A stretch of 64,000 nucleotides of DNA from the human T2T-CHM13v2.0 reference genome, Homo sapiens. Below are positions 30,132-64,000 of this stretch, one piece after another. Under the pieces are notes generated by a model. That model saw only the letters and a program-made list of their open reading frames with translations. It did no database searches and was not told the DNA's origin. Position numbers and translations under genes: made by a program. The DNA lies in NCBI RefSeq assembly GCF_009914755.1, contig NC_060943.1. One strand, written 5' to 3'. Numbering within the stretch: the stretch's first letter is position 1; each line of letters starts with the position of its first letter.

Positions 30132-33100
30132 AATGCTTTATTTCCAACTCATGGTGTCAGGCTCTAGGGAGGAAGGATGGAGGCTGGGGCTGCCCGGCCC
30201 AGATACACCTTTCAGGCAGAAACACGCGGAGGCACACGCGGGTGCCGGGGGCAAGAAGCACGGGCGGCTGTGACCGCTGAACACAGTGGCAGCCTGCTGC
30301 TCTGGCCTGGACTCCTTGGCTGTGCCTGGCCGTATGCCCCGGGGCTACAGCAGGCAGGGAGGGGCCCTGGCAGGGGAGCCTCTGGGGCAGGCAACAGCAA
30401 GCCAGGCCACCCTGGACCTCCTCAGTCGAGTCCACAGCAGCCCCACCCTGGGCCCCACCCACCTGAACCCCGGCCACACCTCGGTCATGTGGCGACGGGG
30501 CTGCCCGAGGCCAGGGCTTTCTGACCTTGCCAGGACCCTGGGTCTGGAGGCGGCAGAATCACGGCTGGCTGGCAGTCTGTGTGCACGTGTGTCCTCCTGG
30601 CGCTCCACAGGGCCGGCGCTGTCCTGACCACACCCCCACTGTCCAGACAGAAAAACTGAAGTCCTGGGGTCTGGCATGAATCCCAGCAGGTTTGAGCCCC
30701 CTATAGCTCTAGGTGTGTGATTCCCCAGGGTCTGGGGATGAAGGCATCAATGTGGCAAGACTGGAGTGGCCTCCAGGGCACCTGGGATGGGAGACTTGTC
30801 CCTGGCTGACACCCCCTAGGGAGTGGGGGTATGGAGCGTCCCTTAGCTTAGGGGGCAACCACCCACTTCCTCTTCAATCTCCCACCCATTCACTGGCTCC
30901 CCTCTCCAGACCCCCGATCTCATCATTCACCCATCCAGCATTTAGAGGTGTGAGCTCTGCACTAGCAACTTCAGGGGACCTGAGAGAGCCTATCTCTCTA
31001 GGGGGAGACAGGCTCACACGTGCATACCCCAATATGCCCTGGGCCAGTGCTCCACCCAGAGGGTCCCTGGCTCTTGTCCACTGGCCACATCCCCCCTTCG
31101 GCTGAGGTCTTGGCAAATCCGAACCTCCGCAGCTCTCACCCTTTCAGTCAGGGAAACACTTCCTTTGCCCTAGGGTGGACTTGGGGGCCTGGAGGCATGG
31201 GAGAAGCCCAAGATGCGAGGCGTCACCCCTGGTCTCTGAAGGTGGGCCCTAAGGGCTCTGCTGGAGTTTGGGTTTGGGCAGCCCCAGACATTGGCACCCC
31301 AGCCTCACCCTCGATAGGCTGTGACAGGCAAGAGAGGCGAGAGGTCCCTGAGGGAGCTGGCAGGGCTTGGGAGAACACACATTTATCCAGAACTTACTGT
31401 CTCTATACCCCCAGCTGATAGGCTCAGAGGCACAGGCCCCTCCCAAGGCAACCTAGGTTCCCGGCCTGCCTGCCACAGAACCCTGCTCAGGGCTGCCTGG
31501 TGGGGGTCCTGGGGAGGGGTGGGAATGGGGGCGCTCCCACTTGAAGCGGGCAAAGCTGGCTGCAGCTTTCCAGGCGGAGGGTGATGAGGTGTCAGGCTCC
31601 ACGGCCAAATACCTTTCATTGAGAAAGTGTTGGGGCCTCCGACGCTGCCAGGCTAGGGCGGCCAGCCAGGCATGGAGCGGGCAGCTGGCCCAGCCCTGTC
31701 CCCTTCCCTAGGGTGGGGCAGGGGTGGACGGGCATCCTCCAGAAGCCCCCTCCCCAGTCACCACGCCTGGGCCAGGAAGGGCATCTCAGGAGGAGGACAT
31801 GGCTGAAGCAAAAGCTGGGCAGGGCACGGGGCTAGAGTCCAGCTCCTCCCCATCCCTGCTGATAACTCTGCAAGAGGGCAGCGTTTGGCCACAATTTCCA
31901 GATGAGGAAACTGAGGCTCCAAGAGAAGGACGCCATCAACCTGAGTCAACAGCCTTGTGCCTCTTGACACTGCCTGTCTCCCCCAACTGCAGCCCTCAAG
32001 CCAGGAATCCCACCCCCTCCCTCCTGGAACCTGGGCTACCGTCCGCCTCCTGGTAAATCCATTGTCTACCCCCCAACCAAATTGGGGCTGCCAGACCACA
32101 CCCCCTCAGTCTGGGAGGAGTGAGGGGCAGGGGACCCCCTCGAAGAGACCCCCAGCTGCAGCCACCCTGGGTCAGCTCAGGGCACAAACAGGCCCTTGGT
32201 CCCGCCCACGGCATTTTAGACTTTTATAATTTTAGAACCAGGGGTTCTTAAAATTCCTAGCACCATGATGGGGAAAAAATCTTGGAACAGTAAAATGTTT
32301 AAAACAAGAGTCTTCAAACCACAGAATCCAAGAGGAGGGAGATAAAAATGAACACACATTGAGCGTTGACTGACTGTAAGCCCTCCGAGCCAGCCCCCGC
32401 AAAGCCTAACTCACTTTAAGGGCATTTAGTATAAATCTGTTGCCTTGGGATCCCCAAAATATGCTTTTAGGGAGGATGATTTTTACCCCCATTCCACAGC
32501 TGGAGGAATCTTCTCAGGGTCACACAGCAAATGGGGTACTGTGGGCTGGGGAAGGGCAATGTTTCCTGGAGAAGGGGACATAAGCACTGGGTCTTGAAGG
32601 ATGTGTAGGAGTTTGCTGGGTGGCCAAGGCAGGAAGGGCATACCAGGGAGCTGGAAAGGTGAACGTGAAAGCTGGAGGAGGGAGACCCACGGAGGGCGGC
32701 AGTAGAAGGGAGACACAAAGTGGAGGTGAGCAGGGGCTCGAATGCTGAGTGAGGAGCCTGAGTTCTCTGGTGAGCAATAGGGAGCTATGGGTTGTGCTGA
32801 AGCAGGAGAAGGTTACACAATATCTCGTGACAAAGACTCCCCTGGAGCTGGTGCAGGACTCAGCTTCTTACAACATGCTTCTTTCACGGAACTGGGGTCT
32901 GCTCCCTCCTACTTGGGGGCCCTTCCAGGGTCCAAACCCTGCAGCCCAGCGCCCTCTCCCCGCCAGCTGCCTCCTGTCCTGGCTGAACATCCCTGGCTCC
33001 TCCATTGGGGCCTCGTGGACCTGGCGTGGCCACCCACCACTTCCCTAGCCCCGTCTGTCTCTCTCATCAGCCCTCAGAGTTGGGTCTGACCCAGCCTCAG

Positions 33101-35811
33101 ACCCCAAAGACTGGAGCCAGCCTGGCGGGGAGACCTGGCTTTGGTCAGGTGGGGGAAGTGCTTGTGCTTTAATGGTGGAAACAAAGGCAGGATGCCACAG
33201 GGTGAGAGCAGACCAGGAGAATGCCATGTCCCGATGCCTCAGCCCTCCCAGGGCAGGAGCTAAGTCTAGACCCCTGGGCCGAGGGTGGAGGGGGTCTGGG
33301 CAGGCAGGAGGGAGGAGACCCCGGCCATCGGGGAATCAGCAGACCCTGAGGTTTGGAGGTGGATGCAGGGAAACAAACACTACCCTAGGCAGGGCGAGTG
33401 TGTCACACAGAGCCAGACACGCCTGTCATCGATCTCGAGGTCACGCTGCCCTCGTCACGCCCCATCCCTGTCCCCTGTAGTCAGGGGCATGACTCCCTCC
33501 TTCCCATACTTCCTAGCCAACTTCTCGTCACCTGATTGGTGACACTGTCACCCTCAGGACAGCCACATAGGCAGTTGCACTCGAAAAGAGCATGAGCCCA
33601 GACACACCAGACCCATGGGACACGCTGGACACTGTCCCCCCTCATCACAGCAGCACGGGTAGACAGATGCACCCTCAACACAGAGAAAGGCCCACGCTTA
33701 GGGTCAGGTAGCGGTGCCTGCAGCTGCGTGCACCTGTGCATACCTGTGCACACCTGTGCGCACCTGTGCCCAGCTCCCCTTTGACTCACCCATCATCACC
33801 CCACACATCGGGACACACTTGACCCCCAGACTCCCAGCTGGCCAGTCTCAACCCCCCACGACCCTCCACAACTCAGCCCCACCAGGCACATGAAGCCATG
33901 CCGAGCACAGGCAGCACCTCCCACTCTCTCGGGGCCCTGGGGAGCGGGTCGGCCCTGGGGCTGGGGACTGGCGGGAGGCCTCAAGGTCCCAGCCACTTTT
34001 CCAGGGAAGTCCTGAATCCCTTCCTGCTGACTCAGCCCTGGGGGCTGGCTAGGCTGGGGGCTGCCAAACCTCAGGTATGTCCTTGAAGGCTGCCTGGCGG
34101 GGCCTCTGAGGTGGGGGCGGGGGCTCCCACTCGGGACTCAGTCCTTCCCTGGGCCCCAGCCTCCCTCCTTGCCCCAGATGGAGCTGCAGCTTTAACCGTG
34201 GCGTTCAGGGCATGGGGCCAGCACGATGGAGCCTGAGGCCGGCTGCTCCCACCCCAGTTCCTCCCGGCTGAGGGTTGGTGGAAGAATAAGCTCCCAGCCC
34301 AGCCAGAGTATCCCAGCCTGACTGTGGCCTCATAAAGACAGCACTGTCTGGTGGGAGGTGGCCTGGCTGCCCATCCTGGGGCCCAGCACAGGGACCCATG
34401 CACACACAGTGGGCACACACGTACCCATGTGATGGCTACATGCAGACCTGTGGATACAGATGTGCATCATCAGACACAAACTCAGCACCAGGACTGGCCC
34501 CCACAGAACCCCAGTCAGGAGGGGGAGGCAGCACTGGCCACAGATACTCCAGTCTGCAGGGCCAAGGTTGGCCAGCCCAAAGGCCAGGGGCTGGGAAAAC
34601 CCAGAGGAGGGCCCAGGGAAGGCTTTCTGGAAGAGAGGGCATTTTGACTTGGGCTTTGAAGGGTGAGTAGGAGTTTACCAAACCAAGCTCAGATGTCCAA
34701 AAGTCTTAATGCTGGTTTTGAGGTTTACCTTTTGTCTGTGAGGATGTTGGGCAGGGGAGGGAGACAGACAAACCCCAATTCACTACCTCCTTTTGAGGAC
34801 CCAGCCTCTGCCCTCAGGGAGCTTCCAGTCAGATAGGGGAGGCAGCACTGACTCAGCCAGGAGGGATAGAAGATACTTCAGCTGTGTGAAGCACCTGTCG
34901 TGTGTTGGGTTGGATCCTGTCAAAAACCCATAGGGAAAATTCTATTATGATCCCCATTTTACAGCTGAGAAAACTGAGGCTGAGAGCGGGACATACCTTG
35001 CTCAGGGCCCACAGGGAAGCAGAGCTGTTCACACACAGCCCTGGTTGCTGACGTGCAATTGTGGCTGCTGACCTGGTCCCAAACCAACTCAAAAGTTTGC
35101 GGGCCAGAATGGTGCAGCTCAAAGAAGTCTGCGTTGGCAAAAGTTGCATCTTTGCACCTGGAATCCTGGCCAGGCCGGGAGGCCCCTCCTCCCGGGACAT
35201 ACAAGATCCCCCTGGGACTTCTCAGCGAGATCATCCCCTGTCCTTTGTTATCTGGCTGCTGAGTGGCTTTCACGGGGCAGGGGCTTCTAGGCAGAGGGAT
35301 GTTGGAGTGAGGGCCTGGGGGTGCTTCGCCAGGACTTCTGGGAGGCCTGGGTCCCCAGCCTCGGCCCCGCTTGCCATCTGGCCCAGCTGAACACAAACAC
35401 TTGGACATGGCCGACCCAACGGAATCTGGGTTGTGGTCAGGCCGTGGCTGAAAAAGCCACTGGAAAAACACGCAGCCCACGGGGCCAGGCCCAGCTTACG
35501 TTTCACCAGGCAGGAGTGGCCTGCTCGGCGCCCAGAGCCGAGGAATGTCCGTTCTCTAACCCTTTGGAACTTGTTGTCTGACTGGGGAATCCAGCAGCTG
35601 GGCGGTGCCATCCTTAGTGCCCTCTGGTCAGGCTGTGACTTACCTCCTGCTGTGTTCTTGGAGACTCAGGCCTCTTGGCGTGGCCCCCTGGCCCAGCCCC
35701 TGGCCAGCCACTGCTGAAGACCCCTTGTCAGCTTGCACACCCCTGAAGACAGAGGGCTCACTCCCTTCCAGCTGTCATGCCAGGCAGCCGGAAGCCTGTT
35801 AACTAGGCTGA

Positions 35812-35892
35812 TTTTTTTTTTTTGAGACAGATTCTTGCTTTGTCGCCCAGGCTGGAGTGCAGTGGCACGATCTCGGCTCACTGCAAGCTCCG
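35812..35892 (-). mobile_element. 5'-truncated AluY-type fragment with TSD
   Basis: CTGCAAGCTCCG diagnostic sequence; AACTAGGCTGATTTTTT on both sides. Confidence 0.88.
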
Positions 35893-36781
35893 AACTAGGC
35901 TGATTTTTTATGGGAAATTCGGGCTTCCTTGGCCACACAGATGGGAGGTCAGTGCAGCCTGGGCACTCCCTCCTTTCCCTGGGGTTCCACCTCCTTCTGG
36001 ATCTCCGGATGTCCCCTCAGGCCCCTAGGATCAGCAGGTCCCAGTGGACCCCAGTATCTCACTGCGAAACGTGTTCCTCACCCTGCAGCCATGTCTCAGG
36101 GTTATCCATCTGTCTGTCTGCCCTGCGCCGCGGGCAGGGCTGGTGGCCCACACATCCACTGAGTGCCCACTGGATGCGGAAGCACCTCACTTGCATCTCC
36201 TCACTGACCTCTCCCGGGGAGGCTGGTCCCATTAGTGCTCCACTTTGCGGGGGAGGGCCGGGGGGGCGGTGTGGGGAAACAGAAGCTCAGGGGGTTTCTT
36301 TTACGTCCTGAAGATGTGGTGGCAGATTCTGGAAGTAGGAGCCAGTTCCCCACTGGCTCCAGGACAAGGGCCTGGGAAACCTCGTTTGTCAGGCCGGGAC
36401 AACGCCTGGTGGCCAAAGGGGGAGCTGCAGCCTGGGCCATGGGGGTGCCTGCTGCAGTGTCCCTAGCTTAAGGCTGGCTTGGGTTACTTCTCTGCTCAAA
36501 CACCCTCCATGGCTCCCGTAGTCTCCTCGGCGGGCACAGGGGTGCTAGATGAGCCCCTCCTGGGTCATTACAGAGACTCCTGACTGCAAAATCTTGCCTC
36601 TTGGGTCAGACCTAAGCCCTGTCCTCACTCAACCTCACAGCCTGTTTCCCCAGCTGGGGAATAAACCAACAATGGCCTTTGCCTCTTCAGGAACTGGTGA
36701 CTGCAAGGCTGGCATGGGTTAGGCGCTCTGTAATTGCAATTGTCACCCTCAGTAACGCACAGGAGAGGGGCAGGGACTTGA

Positions 36782-37318
<537 letters not shown>

Positions 37319-38030
37319 AAAACTTTCATCTTAAAACTATGAGGGAGACCTTGAAACTCTATGTGGGGGAAATTGAAACTGCATATGGGGGTCTTGAAGG
37401 TGCCACTGCACACCTTGCTTGGCCTGAGCAAACCTGCAGGTTACTTCCACCCGTGACCCACGTGGGGAGACTGACGCCAGAGACCTCCTCCCCACACACC
37501 ACGCCTCTCCTCATCCCTCAACACTCTCCGGGACCCGCTTCCGTCCAAAAAACCCCCATGGGCCAGGCAGGCGTAAGGTTGCGGCCCAGGGAGGGGCAGC
37601 CCGTTCCCTAGGGCCACACGGCCCAGCCCCTTACCCCGTTACTTGGGGCAGGGGTCGATTCCGAGCCAAGGGTTGGGGCGACTGACCTAGAGTGACTGGA
37701 GCTAGGCCCGCGGCTGCCTGAGTTGCCCCATCTCTATCCCAGGAGAGGGAACCAGTGCCAGGAGGAAGACCAGGCGCCCGCCCCTGCGGACGCTCCTAGC
37801 CCCTTAGCTAAGGTCTCAGGACACCGGCTGGCGGTGAGGACGGGGCAGCTCAGGGGAAAAGAAAGCCAGGGAGGGCCGGGGGCTCCGAGGGGTTTTAGGG
37901 AGGGGTACAGCAGTTAGCCAGGCGGAGGGAATGCCAGTGCAAAGGCCCTCCCTGCGGTGGGAATGAGCTTACTCAGGGGCAGTGAGGGGTCAGCGAAGAG
38001 GGAGATGCCCGGATCCTCTTCTATTGTAAG

Positions 38031-38047
38031 ATCGCCCCCTGGCGGCC
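38031..38047 (-). promoter_or_regulatory. CTCF motif (reverse orientation)
   Basis: The - strand reads GGCCGCCAGGGGGCGAT. Confidence 0.68.
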
Positions 38048-38709
38048 CAGTAGAGAAGGGGCAGGGAGATGGGGCCGGTCCAACCTCCCGTCTACCCTCC
38101 AGCTCTCCCAGCCTGGCAGATGAGTGGCCCCCTTCTCCCAGCCTGGGTGTCCCCAAAGGCAAGAAGGAAAAACAGAATCCCAGACCTTGCGAGAGCACCC
38201 CTGCATGGACACAGCCGTCAGCACCTTTCTGTGCTCATGGGATTGCCACCAAGCCCTTCGAGCAGGAGCACATGTGCCCATTTTATAGAGGGGCAAATGG
38301 GCTCAGGGAGAGAGGGGAGCACGCAGGGTGCAGAGGCAGGACTCAAACCCAAGACTCCGGCCCTGTCTGGGGCTCTGGCAGGTTGGGCTGGACCAGGTTG
38401 AGGGTGTCTGTTGGGAGCTGGAGGAGCCACTATGGGCCTGTGAGGGTCCCAGGTAGGTGGTCAAGGTGGGAGGCTGGGGAATCCAGAACGCGGGCGCAGG
38501 GGACAGTACACATCACCAGGGTTCCCTCTCTGTGCCTTGGTTTCCCTAGCACTTCGTTGAGGAAGGTGAGAACATCACTGGCTCCCTCCTCAAATGGTCC
38601 CCCACTCGTTTTGGGATCTGCTGGGGATTCTTGCTTCAATCCATGTGCCCACGGGCCACTGGGAGTCCCTACAACGCTGCCAGTGGCCCCATTTAACATG
38701 CAGGTCCCA

Positions 38710-41652
<2,943 letters not shown>

Positions 41653-42619
41653 CTAGCTCTGAACCTCTGAACCGTGATCTGCATTCACGCTACAGGCAGA
41701 GGAGGGCGGGCGGGAGCTGGAGGCGTAGCTGCCCACAGGCTCAGCTCCAGCCTCTGGCAGGCACATCCAGTCACCGCTTTGTCCTCAGCACCCAGAGGAG
41801 CTGCCCGGCAGGTCCTGCCCTCTCCCTCCCTCAAGGACCTGCCCAGCAGCTCTCCCGGGCTCACAGCCTTAGTTTCCCTCCCACACCGCATGTCCCCCAG
41901 TGACCTCTTTGCTCTGAATCCCCCCAAGGGCTGACGAGGCTAGAGCCTCCGATTTTCTAGTAGTTGTGGCCCCATCACTCCACTGAAGCTGTCACACCCG
42001 ATGCTGGACTTGGAGGTGGCTTCTTGATCCTGGTGGAGCTTCACTTCTGCTCCTGGTGTCTGTCCTTCTTTCTGCTTCTATGACATCCTCTCCTAGTTTC
42101 TGTCCCATATTTTGGCCTCCCTTGACTTCCAAATTGCTCTCTGCAGAGCAGGCCTCTCCCATGAGTGCGACTCCCATGTGCAGCTGGGGGACGGACACCC
42201 TGGGCCTGACAGCGTGGAGCTGAACCGGTCTCCCCCTCAAAACCATCCCCGTCTATTCCACCGGAGACTTCGGGCACCGTGACTCCTCTTCATCAGCAAG
42301 TACTGTGGCGCCACCTTCGCCTCCATCACGAACTCAGCGACACTTGACCATCCACCACCTAGGTCCCAGGACCCTCCTATGCCCCTCACTGCTGTCTGTC
42401 CTGGATGCAGCATTGGAGTGGCTGTGAAGATGCTGAGTCTAATGGGCACCCCCGAGGGCTGGCACCTCCTGCCCCTCCTCTGTGTGTGTGGACACCTCGA
42501 GGTAGGGTCAGTGCTCTCCGTACGCTCATGCTCACCTCCTGTAGGCCTTGTCTCAGAAGGCACCTTCCCCAGTTGGGATGGGACTGAGCCACAAAGCAGA
42601 AGGCGCACTGGCCCGTGCT

Positions 42620-45060
<2,441 letters not shown>

Positions 45061-45220
45061 TGATACGGTCCCACAGAAGACAGTGTTGGGAGTCTGTGCC
45101 TGAGCGGCGCAGGTGAGTGGCAAAATCACAGCACACATGACACTGCAGCTGTGACCGGTGTCAACTACCACCCAAAACAAATCTGGCAAACAGACATCGG
45201 AATTAAAATAAGTCAAAAAT

Positions 45221-45226
45221 TTTAAT
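45221..45226 (-). terminator. PBX4: Probable PBX4 poly(A) signal ATTAAA
   Basis: TTTAAT on the + strand, ~290 nt past the stop, followed by T/GT-rich sequence on the - strand. Confidence 0.6.
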
Positions 45227-45514
45227 GGGAAAATCTGTGCCCAGTCCTAGAACAGACAATTCAATTCATAGCGTTACCATAAAATTACTGTCAAAAAAAC
45301 GAACTGAAGTGGGAGAATGAGTGGCGTTTCAGGCCATCTCGAGTCGCAGCAGACACATGAGCCGGCGCCACGGGCCTGGCTGAGGAGCAGGGGCTCATGG
45401 GCACCACCACCCATCTGGGTTTTCTGAGGTCGTCGGCGGCACGTTCAGTAACAAAGCAACGGCTGGCGATACATGGCAGCTCACGCAGCGCTCTTTCCTG
45501 CTTATCCCCCAAAC

Positions 45515-54323
<8,809 letters not shown>

Positions 54324-55240
54324 CTAGATAAGAGAGACCGGGACAAGTCACAATTCATTTTCTGGAGAGAAAACAAACCATGAGAAAATGTGAGCACTGG
54401 TGTTATGTCTGAAGATTTTTGCATAGAACCCTTCGGGAGAAAGGAATACTCCACTTTATCACCAAATTGGATGATGGACACTGAGCACCCCGCTAAGACA
54501 TGGGTCCAAGTGCCATCCTTAGAGCGCAGTCTGGGGAGGAACGGGGAGACACAGGTCGCAGTTTGGCATAGCCTGTGAGGGCAAACCTTGGTCACAGCTG
54601 TGTGCACGCAGCAGGGCCAGGCAGGCGCCTGTTGCTGGGGTCACCTGAACCCCTGAACCGAGTCTCAAGAAGTGCTGGGGAAGAGGGGGCACCCAAGATG
54701 CTGCATACTGATAAAGGCAAGTGGCAGGCTGGCATTGGCAGCGTGGCTGGCCTGGGCCCAGGACTGTGCAGCTGTAGGCCTGTTGTGGCTGGTGGGTGGG
54801 GTGTGTGTGTGTTGGGGTGGGGGTGCTGTTATAAAACTGGATAGGAAAAGCCTGATAAAGAAAGTGCCAGAAAAGATGAAATAACCCACTGAAAGATTTT
54901 AAGCAGAGAAACAAGATAATGGGCCCTACAATTTGGAAATGCCGTCCCAGCTCTGCAGAGAGGGGACCTGGATAGGGGCAGGGCTGGACTGCAGGGGAAG
55001 CAGTCAAAGGGCAGCCACCATCAAGGTATACACAGCTGTGGGGTCTGCAGGTCAGCTACAGGGCAGTCAGAGAACCCCCAGGATTCGTGTCCTGGGACAC
55101 GGGTGTCAGAGAAGGGAAGACTCCAGGGTCATTCCCAGATTCTGCCATGGGCAGCACAGCCAATGGCATCGCATTCTCCCAAGTAAAAAGCCTGGAGCTG
55201 CAGCTTGTGCAGGTGGGGCTGAGTGAAAAGGTGGCTTCAC

Positions 55241-61713
<6,473 letters not shown>

Positions 61714-62217
61714 TTATAAGCAAAAGCAAAACTTAAAAAGCTAAGTTACCGAGGAGAAACGCTGTGCCTTGGTCACCACCATCAGTCCATGCTGGGGACA
61801 TCTGCCCTGCCAGCTGCCTCTTGGGTGGTGCCTACAACAGCTCCCTCAGCACCGTGCCTTTGTGCTCCCCGTACACTGATGCTGGCCTAATTATGGTCAT
61901 TAGACATGCGTTACCATCAATTACAGCAAGCTCAGTTCCGGTGACTGTTCCAGAGCTTCTCAGCTGTGCTCCTCAGCTCCCCCAGGGCCCTTGACTGGCA
62001 GGCAGGGAGGCTGGAGGTACCAGAAGCTTGGTTCAGGGATACCATCTGTCGGAGGCACTGACATGGGGAAACAGACTTAAAACAAAGGTACCCCCCTCCT
62101 CAAACTGCCAGGCTTCCTTCTGTTCCCAACTTACTGTGTGTGGCAGAAACTCCAGTAAATCAAACAATGACATAAAATAAAATCGGGATTATGTTTTTCT
62201 AAGAAACAATATGGCAA

Positions 62218-62893
62218 TGCTGTGAGCCGAATGTTTGTGTCACCTCCAAATTCACATGTCGAAGCCCTAACTCCCAACGTGACTATTTGGAGGTGACGCT
62301 TTTAGGAGGCAATTAAGGTTAAATGAGGTCATAAGGATGTGGCCCTGATCTGATAGGATTAATGTCCTGATGGGCAGAGACCTCAGGGAGCTCGCTTTCC
62401 CTAAGAGGTCATGTGAGCTCACAGTAAGATGGCGGCCGCCTACAAGCCAAGAGAAAAGGCCTCATAATGAACTACCTGGCCAGCACCTTCGTCTGGGACT
62501 TTCTAGGCCCCAGAACTGTGAGAAATAAATTTCTATTTTGTAAACCACCCAGTCTGGGCCGGGCGTGGTGGCTCATACCTGTAATCCCAGCACTTTGGGA
62601 GGCCAAGGAGGGTGGATCACAAGGTCAATAGATCGAGACCATCCTGGCCAATATGGTGAAACCCCATCTCTACTAAAAATACAAAAATTAGCCGGGCATG
62701 GTGGCGTGTGCCTGTAATCTCAGCTACTCAGGAGGCTGAGGCAGAAGAATCGCTTAAACCTGGGAGGCGGAGGTTGCAGTGAGCCGGGATTAAGCCACTA
62801 CAGCCTGGCAACAGAGTGAGACTCCGTCTCAAAAAAAAAAAAAATCACCCAGTCTGTGGCATTTTGTTAGGGTGGCCTGAGTAGACTAAGACA
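62218..62893 (+). mobile_element. MLT1A-like MaLR solo LTR interrupted by an Alu (62557-62844)
   Basis: TGCTGTGAGCCGAATGTTTGTGTC start, CCAGAACTGTGAGAAATAAATTTC, GACTAAGACA end; Alu TSD CACCCAGTCTG. Confidence 0.85.
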
Positions 62894-64000
62894 GTAACAT
62901 AACCCCAAGTTGCTTTAATTTTTCTCCCCAGGAACAAAGACGTGGGGAAAAGCAGAAGGCTCAGAGGGAACCCTCCTTTGCCCTGACTTCCCCAAGCTGC
63001 TCACCTGCCCCCTCACCCACTCAGCAGTGCTCTCACTTGGCAGCGGGCTGTGCTCCCGCCTCCTTCCCACAGCAAGTGGGAACCATCTCTGGGACCCCAG
63101 CCCCATAGGGAGAAGGCTAACCCATGGATTAAATCAGATGCCCTGACTGACCCCTCGGGTCTGCCACTTTCCAGTCATGTGGCTGTCAGTGGTCACTCCG
63201 CTGGCCGCAAGCCCCAGTTGTGAACGGAGCTGCCCCAGGCAACTGACTGGATGGAATTACATAGAACCGCAGGCCCGGCCCAGAGCCCATCAGGGTATGG
63301 GACTAAGCAAAACACTCACCTCACGCTCTCCCTGCTGTCTCAAATCAGCAAGAAGCTGGCCCCTCAAAAGCAGAGGCAGGGCCTCCTGTGCCAATCAATC
63401 AATCGTGGAGGCTGAGCCTCCTCCCCATCTCCCCCCACCATCCACAGCCGGAATGAGCGTTGGAGACGGATTAAACTGTGGAATCTGGGACAGAGGGTTG
63501 ACGCCTGGTGAGAGGCGGCCAAATCTCTCTTTGAGGAGTCCTTTGGTGACAGAGAGCCAAAGCCTAGTGCGCCGACCTGAGTTGCAATGAGTACCTATAG
63601 TCACAGCTTGCTCTGATCACACAGGCGCAGGCGCAGACAAGCATGTCCGCCTGCCCTCGGGCCCACCCACCGTGTCTGGAACTGACAGTGCCGGTGACTC
63701 TGCACAGGTGAGAATCGACATGGAGAAAACATGGGGACTTCCTGCTTTCTAGAAACCTTTTGAGGCTTTTTCAGTCACTTACTGAGCACCTACTGAGTGC
63801 TGGGCCTGAGCTTTGAGGATGACAAGTGGCTGCTGCTTGCCCTGGGGGGATAAGAACCAGGGTCTTGCTGCTGCTACCGGGGTCTCCTATGCTACTGGCC
63901 TCCTGACCAGTGACCCTTAGAAAGAACGGGGCCACTGGCCACAGTTCTGCCGGTGGGACCCAGCGTGGTAACTGGGACCTGGGCTGAGGTTAACTTTCCT

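Noticed and set aside
36668-36682. Paired SOX9-like site AACAATGGCCTTTGC
   Set aside because: The spacer is shorter than in typical SOX9 dimer sites and the second half-site is imperfect.

Overview
Human (primate) genomic DNA, GC- and Alu-rich. I recognise it from the translated exons as the chr19p13.11 NDUFA13-YJEFN3-CILP2-PBX4 region. Three tightly packed + strand genes: NDUFA13/GRIM-19 exons 2-5 (the window starts in intron 1), complete YJEFN3 (7 exons, 900 nt CDS, 299 aa) and complete CILP2 (8 exons, 3471 nt CDS, 1156 aa). PBX4 exons 3-8 lie convergently on the - strand; exons 1-2 are beyond the window end. Exon boundaries were read from splice signals and frame continuity. The rest is about 60 Alu elements/fragments, L1, MLT1A-like LTR, MER and MIR remnants, simple repeats and a ~39 x 29-bp VNTR inside PBX4. 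I see no convincing new gene. The best leads are: phase-compatible NDUFA13-YJEFN3 read-through fusions; a weak GC-AG intron with a 9-nt direct repeat at both ends; a MIR-like cassette exon in YJEFN3; a convergent CTCF pair around CILP2; a ~30-nt poly(A)-signal-bearing mRNA 3' end (HNRNPA1-like from memory) inserted into an Alu; and an L1-supplied intronic poly(A) signal that could truncate PBX4 after the homeodomain. Repeat coordinates are approximate and repeat family names come from recalled consensus sequences, not a database search.
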